Shown here piece after piece: positions 51,902 through 64,000 of a stretch of DNA of 64,000 nucleotides. This DNA comes from Trichoplax sp. H2. Taxonomy: Eukaryota. Every line of letters starts with the position of its first letter. Within the stretch, counting starts at the first letter, position 1. A program made the translations under genes and the position numbers. Under the pieces are notes generated by a model. It was given only the letters and a program-made list of their open reading frames with translations. It had not been told where the DNA came from and did not search any database. The stretch is from NCBI GenBank assembly GCA_003344405.1, contig NOWV01000238.1:1-64000 (forward strand), given 5' to 3'.

Positions 51902-53636
51902 TCAATCTTTGTTACTTCTAACGCTATTTTCACTTCTTTCGTCATCACTGCGGGGGATATAGTCATTGGATCGGCGGTCTGCTCGATCAGATTTATTGCC
52001 ATCACTGCTATTGGTTTCCTTTCTTTGACTAGGACGAGAAGGGGATGGACTACGACTTCTAGTACGTCGTCTGCGATCCTCACGAGAACGACTACGTCGC
52101 TTCCTTGGTGGTGGTGATCTAGAACGTTTTGGAGTATAAGATCGGCGCTTTCTTGGACTAGGGGAACGACTTCGATACCTACGCAGTATATATATATATG
52201 TATATACATGTATATATATATCGATAGAATAATAATTTAATATATGACAATATTCACTCAATATTAGCTAATTAACAAACAATTACATCTGTAGAGATAC
52301 ACCACATACTCGTGCACGTTTGTATGGACACACGCAGGCAATATTTTAATTTTACCGCATAGCTACACAGCACCGCATTTCATATAGTAGTAGAGTTGGC
52401 AAAGAAAAGAAGGTCGCGAGTTTATGCAACCGCAAAACTATTTTTGTTGAACCGCAAGCTGTCAAAACACTACTGCACGCTTTATACACACAGTACAACG
52501 CTGCACACACGTGGATATCAGAGCTAGGGAGTTTCCAGTCATATTGTTTACTGGACAGCAAGTTAGTAGGACTGGATCTCTTTGACTGGTATGCAAAGAA
52601 ATGGATCTCTTTTTGCCAATATTGAAAAATCATGGTTATTGGTCATACCCAAGGTCAAACAACACGTACAGTCAATCAATTTTGTAAAATTTACTGTCAA
52701 AAGCTAACAATTCCTTTTGAAAACCAACAGAATTGATTGTACGCGTATTGTAGAGCTACTACATATTATCCTACTACTGTATGACTATGACTACTATTTG
52801 ACGGTGTAGACTACCAGTATTACTGTATTTCTACTTTCACCTTTTTAATGGCAATATAATGCTATTACGGTAGATTGATCTCATTCTCTGTCTATGATAC
52901 ATGCTCAATGAATGTAAATCGAAGGAGACAGAAAAGGACTATACTGTACTAAATGATCATTCAGTACTTAGTAATGGATCGTCATTATGCTAGCAAGAGT
53001 AGAGAACTGTGTCATCATTTGTAACAGCAAAACTGACGCAATTGCTACTGGAACGGCCACTTAGCGCTTTGCAAAGTGAATTAACTACAGTAGAATTGTA
53101 TTGCCTGATGATATTATGATTACTAGTAGTCGATTGACTGGATAACTTTTTTCTATTCTGTCATGACTATCGATTGATTACATTGAAGAAAAGTATATTA
53201 TAATAGAAGAGCAGAATGAATGCAAGCAATCGTAAGTGCGGATGTCTATTTGGTACAGAGAACAAGTGTCATTACAAACAATTATGACTGACCTTCTTGG
53301 AGATCTTGATCGCCTACGATTACTACGGTAAGATCGATCCCGATCGCGTTCACTTCGATCTGCTGGGCGGCCATAACGCGCCATCACTACTCGCAATTCT
53401 CGGCCATCGAAGTTCTTGCCATGGACACAATCCATGGCGTCTTCAGCATCGCGCCTATCATGATACCTTACAAAAGCGTAACCGCGTGATTCTCCACGAC
53501 GATCTCGAGGAATGTAGACATCACCAATTTCGCCATATTTATCAAAGATACGTTTTAGATCATCCACCGTAGTCCTATAAGTAATATTGTCTACTTTGAG
53601 GCTGGTCATGCTGGAGATTTCAGGTGCCCTCGCCAT
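51902..53636 (-). CDS. SRSF2: Serine/arginine-rich splicing factor 2 (SC35); two coding exons 53636-53293 and 52178-51902
   Basis: [58 protein letters not shown]....[15 protein letters not shown] is the SRSF2 RRM. An RS domain follows across a phase-2 GT-AG intron. Confidence 0.96.
52356..52550 (-). other. Candidate 195-nt cassette exon in the SRSF2 intron
   Basis: Minus strand: TACTAAC branch point, ttgctgtccag acceptor, 195 nt open in the host frame, ATGCG|gtaaaa donor. Confidence 0.5.
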
Positions 53637-53784
53637 CTTGCCTTCTCGTCCTTTTTCGTTCCACTTGGGTACAGTACGGGCACGACGAGAGAAGCGCCAA
53701 GTGAAGTTGACAAGCCACACAGGTCACCCTTTTTCAAGCGGTGACTACCGTAGACACACGACATGCTGTAGCTGTCGCTACGGT

Positions 53785-53940
53785 CCAGTCCGGTCCAGTC
53801 CAAGTACATCATGCGGAGGTCTCTAGTACAGTACTCGAATTTTACAGTACATAGCGTATTGCACTGTACTGTACACTCAGTACAGTACAGTACAGTACTG
53901 TAATGTGCGACCGCTAACTGGAGTGAATGTACTGTACGTG
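53785..53940. promoter_or_regulatory. (CAGTA/TACTG)n array upstream of SRSF2
   Basis: gtacagtac...cactgtactgtacactcagtacagtacagtacagtactgta...tactgtac, plus variant (ccagt/ccggt) pentamers, 150-300 bp upstream of the ATG. Confidence 0.45.
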
Positions 53941-54707
53941 TCATGCTAGCACACATACAGTACGACCTGTATTCTTCCATACTGTACGTGGATCCATTCT
54001 CATGGCTGACGGTGGAGCCAATCCAAAATGCATTTTCTACTGGACATTGCAATCATGAACAAACAACGAGTTTGTTTTTCATTTACCTTTGCTGTGGCCA
54101 TACTATTGTACAATAGGACCGCAATCTATGATACAAAAATGAAGAAACGAACTTTTAGGTGTGATTGTGTCTCTTGGCTGAGGACCACCGAATTGGAACA
54201 AGCTCTTTGTCTTTCTTTCCATTGCGGTCGAGACCTCATAGTGACACCATTTTTGCTTGTGACCGGTAGTCTATTTTTAGTCATCAGTCCCATTCATGGC
54301 ATCAGTTTAACTACTGTACCCTGTACGCTATCGCAGGGGTATCTACTATAACAGGCCATCGTAGCGAAAGTGATGTCATTGATGCGTGTTTACGGTACGG
54401 ACTGCTGTTGTCCAGTCTAAATGCGTGCAAAATGACATCTAAAACTGAATTGAGAGAAATAGAAGAACGCCTTTCCATTGAATATCGATGGCAATCAAAT
54501 TGTCCGTCTTGGCCCAAATAAATTAAACTCAAATCATGGTCATCCTGTAGTTGTTCCCCATTGGCCATTTTGACCAGTGTGGAGATGGCACGTGACCAGA
54601 ATGCATCTCTTTGCGGTTGCTGTGTTTTGATTGATTCATTATTCACTTTCAATTCCAAAAACTCACTATACAACTGTCTGGTCAGGGACTGAGTTCATAT
54701 TTTATAG

Positions 54708-54866
54708 AGATGACATATCGATGCTCATGGTAGTGCAGATATATCGTCTATAGTCGGTTACTTGCAGATGCTTTTTTTCACTTCTCTACTAGGACTAAGG
54801 GGGACAAGATGACAGATCGATGCTCATAGCAGTGCAGACCTGACGTCTATAGTAGACGTCAGGTCT
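54708..54866. repeat. ~46-bp direct repeat (100-bp spacing) ending in a perfect 14-bp hairpin
   Basis: gatgaca.atcgatgctcat...agtgcaga....cgtctatagt at 54708 and 54808. agacctgacgtcta-tag-tagacgtcaggtct at 54836-54866. Confidence 0.8.
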
Positions 54867-55825
54867 AGACTATCGTTTGAGATAGACGCTTGAGTTGGAT
54901 ATGACCAGCAAAACAGTCCGTACCGCTTGCTGTCCGTCTGTTTCTTTGTGATGCTTCCGCAGTATCTCATGACGATCTTGAAGCAGCAGCTGGTGGTCAT
55001 GCTATCAGTATACTGTATGGTGGGGCAGTTGGCTAGTCAGTCAAATAAAGTATTTTCCCATTGTGAATGAATTGATCAGCTCCAGGTCCAATCTTGACAT
55101 CGATCCCTTCCCGTTCTGGCTGGCCTTCCATCGAAGATGATGATGATGAGAATTGTTGGTGCCATGATGAATAAGCATGGTACTATGGCGTAACTTATTG
55201 GGCTGGTAAATAGCTTGGAATCCAACTTGAAATACTGATTGTAGTATATAGGAGAACCTTTCTCATCGTGACGCCAATTTGAGCCTGCTTGCATAACAAG
55301 ATAGACAGAACGGATACAGCAAGGTGAGGTAGCTATGACATCAACAAATATCCTTTTAATCGTTTCTTGCTGACAATTTCAACTTGGAATGCAATAGAAT
55401 TTTATAACATTACCACCATCAAACTATCATCAAGCTATCGTCGATTTTCCGTATAGCAAGTAGTTAATCTATTATAGTCTTTTAGGATAAAACAATCGGA
55501 AAACAAGGCTTATGGAGGGTGTTCATCCAGTACCAATATCTTATAATCAATACTGTTTATAGTAGTATTGAATTCAAGACAACATGTCTTACTTATACTA
55601 GCTAGCGTCTAGCTAAAAATATTGCTAAGGAACAACGATTACAAAATATTGTTAATATTGGTAAGCTTATTTCCTGAGTAGACAGTAGGTTCAATGATGA
55701 TGAGGAAACGATCATCGGATTGTACTCAAAATCACCAATCGATTTTAGCAAATAAAATCCAAAATAGACTTGACCTATTGTTACTGTAGATCATGACTAC
55801 ATTGTCATTCATTCATACACGCTAA

Positions 55826-56145
55826 GTTATACATTTCATGAGTCCATTTTGAACTCCATTCAATTAATCTTCCAAGTAAAACTCCTAGGATATTGCATGG
55901 ATATTCTACTGTTGTATTTCTGATTACATCATTAATGTTAACGTTATTGGCTTATTCTACGATGTCCATATGATCTTATACATTTATACAGTTATACATT
56001 TCATGAGTCCATTTTGAACTCCATTCAATTAATCTTCCAAGTAAAACTCTTAGGATATTGCATGGATATTCTACAGTTGTATTTCTGATTACATCATCAA
56101 TGTTAATGTCATTAGCTTATTCGACGATGTCCATATGATCTTATA
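55826..56145. repeat. 165-bp near-identical tandem duplication upstream of GTPBP1
   Basis: gttatacatttcatgagtccattttgaactccattcaattaatcttccaagtaaaactc...gatgtccatatgatcttata at 55826 and 55991. Confidence 0.95.
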
Positions 56146-56561
56146 GATTTGACTTAATTAGTGGTGAAATGACAATGGACTGTACGGCAAAGTATGCGGT
56201 ATAAAAATACAATCCTTTCCATGCCTTATTAGATCGCTATATTAAGAAGTAAATTACCTCTTTTATACCTTATCCGAGATTATTGTAACTTGCCTTTACA
56301 AGCATCTTTTGACGGATTCTACGCTGCACTGTCAGCAGTACCTTCGCTTTGTACGTTACTTTTGATTGTTTTTTTACGGAAAAGCGCGCTATTATTGATG
56401 ATGCAATTCTGATTGATGTTGCGGTACATAGTTACTATACCAACACATATATACAGTAGATTCCAGGGAATAAATGTATCCGCCAAAGCTTAATTTTCCA
56501 ATACGTCTTTCATGATTAAAGACAGTAAAATAATCTCCATTCTAACGTGTAAAATAGATTG

Positions 56562-59500
56562 ATGGCGTCTGCACTAGCTCCAGAGACGGAAAGGAACAGA
56601 TTGCCTGCAGATCATGACAGTAAAATCAAAGAGCCAATCGATGACGATACTCCTCCTTTACCAAACGAAACGGTTAATAACGACACATTGAAGGTAAGGA
56701 AATGAAACCTACAATATTCTTTAATTTGCTACTACTGTACGTGTATTACTTGATCAAGAAAAGGTTGATTTGTAGTCGAAATACGTACAGTATTGTAACA
56801 GTATTGGGCTGATCGCTGTAGATTAAGGATTGTCTATGATGATGAAACACTCTTTAAAATTATTTTGTTCTTTGTATCATATATTACTGTATATTTAAGA
56901 CCCGGCAAAGCCATAGCTGCCTAATAATACAGTTTACAAATGGTTTGTAAAATGGTAATCGGAATAGTACGAGGTGTACAAAGTGTCTCTTGAACTGTCG
57001 GATAACCTATAAATACTATAGAATTGACTTATACTGAGTTATGCGTAGAAAGCTGTGATTGAATCTCATAACAACTATAATATTACCTTAAATAGTTGCA
57101 ATATGGATCACCATTACAAGATGAATAGCATATTAAATTTCTGTACTGTAAGTAGGAGGAAATAATATACGCATATACCTAGGTGCTTATGCTTACACTG
57201 TGGCAAAATAATACAGTAGCGAGTGGCAGTGCTAGTTACATGTTTCATTTATTAGCAACAAAAAATGACTATTGCATGTACAACAGTATTCTCTAGAAGT
57301 TCAATGTTATCTACATAGTCGATACAAATCCTTCATTGATCAATTCTTCAACACTCTTTTCTACGATATTGAAATAGTTAGGATGTACTATCGGTCTAGC
57401 TTAACTCAGGTCTCTAAATTATGTGATGTAATAAAATTGGTAATGTTTTGAATAAGCCTTTGATATTTTTATTCTGTCCATAATGATACCAACAAAGTAA
57501 TAAGACCATTACTATGGAATAGAGTTCTGTAGGGTATCTTGTACCAATTAATTTTAGGCTGACGATAGCAAATTAAGTTGACATTGCCAACTGTGCTATG
57601 CCATTGAAGCGTTATAACTTCATGGAATGCTAATGGACTGCACTCGTATATAGATAACTTCTAAAATTGATATCACTCTTATTATAGACGCAATTCGTAT
57701 CACCCTCGGGGGAAATGTTTGATAAATTATGCGCAGAGTTGAAAGAGAGACTAGATAATGGTCGAGGGGAATGTATTTACCAATTGGGAGTATCTGGTAA
57801 GTCTAATGTGTGATATCTTATTTTCAACTTGTTTAATTTCTTCGTCTACAACAAGACGTCTGAAAGTAGAGTTTAAGGATACTTATCTTTCTTTGGTATC
57901 TTTAGATGATAGTGATCCCGGGTTATCTGATAATGACATGCTGGCATCGAAAGCTACTTTAAAAAGTTTAGCCGAGTTATGTGATGCAGACCTGCAGCTT
58001 TTACAAGAAAAGCATTCTACTGAGGGAACAGTTGCTAAATATTTGATTAGATATCGAGCTAAAGAACGAGAATTTCTAGAAGTTAGGTAAGTCAGTAAAG
58101 GATAATTTAATTATAATAACTTAAAGATTGCAATAGAAACAATTTTTTAAGTTAAAAAAATCATTAACTTCATAACGGTAACCTATTGCCTTTCGATAAT
58201 ACAATGAACGCATACGTGAAGAGTTGCTGTGGTTGGTAATGTAGATGCAGGTAAAGGATCACCTATTGAAGTCTTGAATTATAATTTTCTATCGAATATA
58301 TAATTAATTTAGGCTAGATGTAAACCGAAAATTCAATAAATTTAAATTTTTCCCTTGAAAAGGAAAATCGACCCTATTGGGCGTTTTAACTCATGGGGAG
58401 TTAGACAATGGCCGTGGCCTTGCAAGACAGAAGTTGTTTAGGCATAAGCATGAGGCTGAATCTGGACGCACTAGCAGTGTTGGTAACGATATTCTAGGAT
58501 TTGATAGTCATGGAGAAGTTGTTAACAAACCCGATGCACGAGGTTTAGCATTAGATTGGCAACGAATTTGTTATGCTTCGTCAAAGGTTATAAGTTACAG
58601 CATATTTTTAATAATAGCTTTCGTCTAGTTATAAAAGTACACTTATTTTTACACTATCTATCTCTAGTTGAGTTCTCATAATTAAAATTAAAATTTTACA
58701 GATAATAACATTTATCGACTTGGCTGGTCATGAAAAATATTTGAAAACAACAATCTTTGGTATGACCGGTCACGCTCCTGATTTTTGTATGTTAATAGTC
58801 GGTGCTAATGCTGGTGTAATCGGAATGACGAAAGGTAGTCTTATTTTAATGTAGTGAATAAATGTCCACACTAACAAACGATAATTATTTCATTAACTAA
58901 ATAATGAATACCAATGTGTTATCTTATGAATACTAGAGCATCTTGGCCTGGCCCTTGCTTTAAACGTTCCTGTTTATGTAGTTATTACTAAAACTGATAT
59001 GTGCCCTCAAAATGTTCTTAGCGATACATTGAAATTATTAGCTAAGATATTAAAGTCACCCGGATGTAGAAAAATCCCTGTTTTTATCACCAAGGAAGAA
59101 GATATTACAGTCGCGGCGACCAATTTTGTATCTGAAAGGTAATATTGGTATAGTAGTACATTTGTTTTTCTATGCAATGGCAGGATACACTCGATAAAAA
59201 TGATAGTTACGTTATATCATATTTTATCCATATAGGATATGTCCAATTTTTCAAGTATCAAATGTTACTGGAGCTAATTTAAATTTATTAAAGAAGTTTT
59301 TAAATTTATTACCGTCGCGGATGAGTCGCAAGGAAAATGAACCTCCGGAATTTCTTATTGATGAAACTTACTCTGTCCCGGTATAGCATTGTAACTAGTT
59401 AATAACTTTATTCTACAGAACTATCTCTAATATCTTTATACCATAGGGTGTTGGAACGGTAATTTCTGGGACGGTAATGCAAGGAATTATCCGCGTAAAT

Positions 59501-60242
59501 GATTCATTATTGTTAGGACCAGATTCTCTTGGTCAATTTCAACCGGTAGTTATCAAAGGTATTCATAGGAAGAGGATGGCAGTAGAGTACGTTGAAGGAG
59601 GACAAACTTGTTCTTTTGCACTGAAAAAGGTTATTACATTGTTATCTGTTCTATTGCCTTGTTGAAATCATGTTGTTTTAAATTCTACATTGACTGTGCA
59701 TCTTACGCAGGTCAAAAGATCAACTATTCGTAAGGGAATGATACTTGCATCTCGTGATTTAAAACCAGAAGCATGTAGCGAATTTGAAGCCGATATTTTA
59801 GTGTTGCACCATCCTACCACTATTAAAATCCACTATCAAGCTGTCGGTATGTAAATTTCATTTAAATTTGTATTCATTCTTGTCATTAGTTTTTATATTT
59901 ATGATTGTAATTTAATATTGTTGTACGGATCGTAAGTTGTTGGTGATTTAAAATATTAAAGTTGTAACAACTATAATTTGTAATACTGTAGTACATAGTG
60001 GAAGTATGAGGCAGACTGCAAGTATTGTCGAAATGAATAAGGAACACATACGTACAGGCGACCGTGCCTTAATTAAATTCCGTTTTCAGAAAACACCCGA
60101 ATATCTTAAATCGAATACTAAGCTTATCTTCAGGGAAGGACGGACTAAAGCTATTGGTACTATAACTAAGACTTTTCCGATAAAACAAGCTACTGTCCAA
60201 TCGAAGCAAGCACAATCAAAAAGCACCAATCGACAATCGTGA
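56562..60242 (+). CDS. GTPBP1: GTP-binding protein 1 (translational GTPase, multi-exon)
   Basis: [115 protein letters not shown]. The first exon (56562-56693) and exact C-terminus are less certain. Confidence 0.94.
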
Positions 60243-61053
60243 CCTGTAGCTATTTTATCATTGAGCCTTCGAATTAACTGTTACATAATTTCATAGACAC
60301 AAGAAACACTACTATTTTAGCAAATGAAAAGTTAATTCAAGATAGTACTCAAGATGGTTGTTTATATGAAGATGATAGTATTTTAATGTTTGCATTGAAT
60401 TGAAATCAAGCTTTAATTAAAGCGTAAAGTCTACTTGATTCTGCTATCCATCAATAAGTATTAATTTTTCAAGATCGAAGTTTATTACAGTCAATTAAGA
60501 TCAAGTCTTAGTGTATGCGTATATCTATGTTGTTGTATCTATCTTTTTATCTACACATGTGTTTATATACTTGCCGTACATATGCACTTATATTGTTAAT
60601 ATGTATTATAATGTATTTTGCACGATCGAGGATTATTCGCTACTTACTGCTTAATAGAAGTACGATACAACGATACATTATATCACTATATTCATTCTTA
60701 GTACTGCACCAGCAATAATAACCTCGATTTTGAATCACGATGCAAACTCTAAGCAAATGAATTTGGTATTTTCATTTATTAGTAGTAAAACTTATTATTA
60801 TATTCTAAATTGATATTATTTAGATGCACTATTTCGCGAGTAGTTTATTGATGTACTATTATACAATTTTTAGTTATATTCTTCTTAGTTAATAGGATTA
60901 TCAACAGATGAAGAAAATGACTGTATGCAATTGACATAATCGTTGACAAGATGAAAAGAGTTGCATTAAATTGAAATAATTGTGTTATTGTAGCCATTCA
61001 TTTTTCGAAAGATTATTGCGATTTAAACATCTCTAAGGGGTTGATCATTTTAG

Positions 61054-64000
61054 TTATATAGATATGTAACCCTGTCTGGCCATTTTACTTGTGCTCCATT
61101 CCACCAAGAAGAAACATAAAGTTCCAAAGAAAAGACTGATCACCTACGTAAACATATATTTTATACCCAATGACACGATTAGTGAAAGTTTAATGCAAAA
61201 TACGACATAAGTATTTTAGCACGTATAGCAGTAAAATAATAGAATTCGTTATTTGTACTTACCAAGACCAATAATTGCCATTGCAGCATTACATGCCCAC
61301 TGTAAAAGAACGCAATAGCCGCAAATAATGACTGCACAAATTTAAATAATGCAAAAGCTGGTGCACTATCTTCAGTGTACATAAATCCAAGGATAGAATA
61401 GATCTACGTAGGAAATGATGTAAAATTGATTCATAAAAGGTGATATTCTGGAGGGTCAAGTGGAATAATGCAGTACGATAAAAATGCTACTTTATCATTG
61501 GATAAAGCACTTTTACCTGTGTGTTAAAACTACTATCGCCCAATCCTAGTAAGAAGGAGCAAGCTACAGCCAAGGTAGCACTAAGTATAAAGTTTTATAA
61601 AACAAAATTTGACTCAATTTAACACAAATTAACGGTGCACGTTGAAAACGTACAACAAATATCATTTTTTTCAAAAAATACATTTACTGTGTGGATTACT
61701 ACCTTGGCTCGATTAAGTAACCATGAGTTTCAGAAGCAGATATCGGTGCTATACTAGGTATGTTCATAAAAATTAGGAAAAAGGCTGCAGCATGGCTTAT
61801 AAAACCGACAAGGATGACGGGATCTCTTCCATGTCGAAGTATTTTTTTACCAAATATTCCAAAGAAGGCACCGCCTTGATAATACGAAGCAGCTTTATTA
61901 GATGCTAAACTAAGGGACATTTTGCATAACTTTAGTGAGGAAATTTGATTTACTAACCAATGATCTCGCCAATGCCTAAAAATATTCCTGCTAAACCAAT
62001 ATATCTATCTGGATCGTGAATTAGCCGCGCGTTACCTAAGGATATCATAAAACTGCATCATAAATAAGCGCTTTTAAAAGATTATTAATAAACTATTACG
62101 AATATCTACAGTCAAGATAGCTACTGGATAATAATATTTTCTCATACATTTCTGATGGATAGTTTTTGAACCTACTTACCAATGCAAGTTGGATATACTC
62201 CGCTGAAGAACGTTAATTCTAATCCTATTGGTAACAAAGATCACACAATCGGATGATTACTTAATTAAAATTGATAAAATAAAGACTCAAGAGGGTGACT
62301 GTATGGTATTTTACCTGTATACGCGAATACAGCACTAAGCAGTAACATTTCCTTAGTCGTAAGCAAGTGAATAGATCGCACTAAAATCAAACATAATTAT
62401 GGAATTACAGTTCATCAATATCAATATTATTGCACTGTACATGAATTTATCGATCTTACTAAAAGCTTGCCATGGTCCTTCTTCTGATGCATTCTTTGAG
62501 CTTTAAGAAATAGTTTTAATATTCAATTAATTTTGATGCAGTTGTAAAAATACATTTCCGTGTAATTAAGCGTTAAAGCAAATTAATTTAAATTTTTACC
62601 CAATATTCATTGGTAGTTCTTCTTCTTCCTATGTCCATATAAAACATTAATCTTACTTTATGATATGCAAATTATCATGTACCTTTAAATAACTATCACA
62701 TTGATCAACGGTAGTTTGTAAAGGGTAGCAGGCATTATTTACCGATACTTTTGGTTTCCGCAAAGTTAGTAAACCTAATGTTCCGATAACGCATACCACG
62801 GTAAGAACTGAATAGATGATATATCTGTATTCATCAGCTATAAAACAATCAAAGATTTAAAGTTAAAACAAGAATTAAAAGTTCTATAATAACGGATATT
62901 ATAACTGGAGGAAAAGGTGACCTGTATGAACGTGTACGAGTACACGTGTGCTTAGCAGCAAATAACGATACTCACATATAATGCTGACTCCTTCCAATTG
63001 CAAAAAAACGTATAAATTACCAAATAGTAAGCTACAAGACATAACAATTGGATTTAATATTAATTTTGAATATATCCGTTACAAAAAATGGAGAAAATAA
63101 AATACTACAATAAAAACATAGCAAACGTGTTATAAAAGATTTGTAGAGGTTTGTACCTAAATTGTAGTAAAGCCCAAAATATGCCACTGTTACGAGCGAT
63201 CGTATCAGGATCAGAATTAATGGTTAAAAAGTTACCCTGGGCCGTCCATAAAACTAACAAAAATTAAGAACGAATCAATCAAACAGTTGTCGATTAGATG
63301 TAATAACCTCATAAGCTACAACATACTTCCTGCCCCCACTCCTACTAAAGCTGATGCAATGTACAGAGTTGCTGCCAAAGGTTGTATCAATGATGCGATA
63401 AATAAGCTGAAATATCCATAAATATTATAATGTTAGATGAATTAGTTAGTGTTACAAATATTCTGATTAGCTAAGCGTAACATGATGATCTGGACAATGT
63501 ATAAATGGTATAATAGCAGTCAATTTTTAACATTTGCCTACCAGTAAGGAATAGCTCCAGCTAACATGGAATATTTTGGACCAATAACACTAACTACTGA
63601 TGGTCCCAGCCAATTTGAGGCAGCAAAAACACTATAAATTATAGCCAAGCTATGAAATAATTAAGAATGGAAACGGTCAATATTTAAATTAAAATCGGAA
63701 ATCACTTCTATTAGCTAATTAATTCTTTTGGCCCTTTTCTTAAATTATATTTTAATTACCTTACCTATTGGCCTTTTAATACTACAGTATACTGTACAGT
63801 GCTCGTATTCTGGTACTATAAATGACAACATTGTTTATGTAGCTAATGTAAATTAATCGTACCTATTATAGCCGCTCGCTATCGAGAGAGGAGTATTGAT
63901 AATGAATCATAGCAAGAAAATTGTTTGTTTAGGAAGAAAAATATCAGATTAGAATAATTCCTGTACGTAATTTATATTTAAATGAACTAAATTTCGTTCA
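61054..64000 (-). CDS. MFSD11: UNC93-like protein MFSD11 (multi-exon, 5' end outside window)
   Basis: GYNSLAIIYSVFAASNWLGPSVVSVIGPK, LWTAQGNFLTINS....RNSGIFWALLQF, ELTFFSGVYPTCIG, GRDPVILVG, SFLLGLGDSSFNTQIYSILG, SAPAFALFKFVQS, LQWQLLV, ending VEW...GYISI*. Confidence 0.93.

Noticed and set aside
53606..55294. ORFs of 70-150 aa between SRSF2 and GTPBP1
   Set aside because: Overlapping, no recognisable domain, and consistent with chance ORFs in GC-richer promoter DNA.

Overview
AT-rich, gene-dense eukaryotic DNA with many short GT-AG introns. It is an animal; the compact architecture and protein divergence suggest an early-branching one such as a placozoan (Trichoplax-like), which is inference only. 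Genes assembled by hand from spliced exons, in order: EIF3B (+), an unidentified multi-exon gene (-), GPS1/CSN1 (+), DUS1L (-), CYBC1/EROS (+), RBFOX (-), an intronless bacterial-type GNAT acetyltransferase (+), a divergent MFSD11 paralog (-), EIF3L (+), SRSF2 (-), GTPBP1 (+) and a canonical MFSD11 (-, running off the right end). Main points of interest: (1) the GNAT looks horizontally acquired from bacteria and sits behind a host-type promoter array; (2) (TACTG/CAGTA)n arrays cluster just upstream of many start codons; (3) the SRSF2 intron hides a frame-preserving 195-nt candidate cassette exon with a perfect TACTAAC branch point; (4) GPS1-DUS1L tail-to-tail microsynteny matches human, and the human orthologs map to the 7p22/16p13/17q25/22q13 paralogon; (5) degenerate 130-300 bp tandem duplications concentrate at gene 5' ends, including a 5x amplification of a GPS1 splice-donor/intron unit. 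CDS coordinates are first-to-last coding base of spliced genes and were read by eye.
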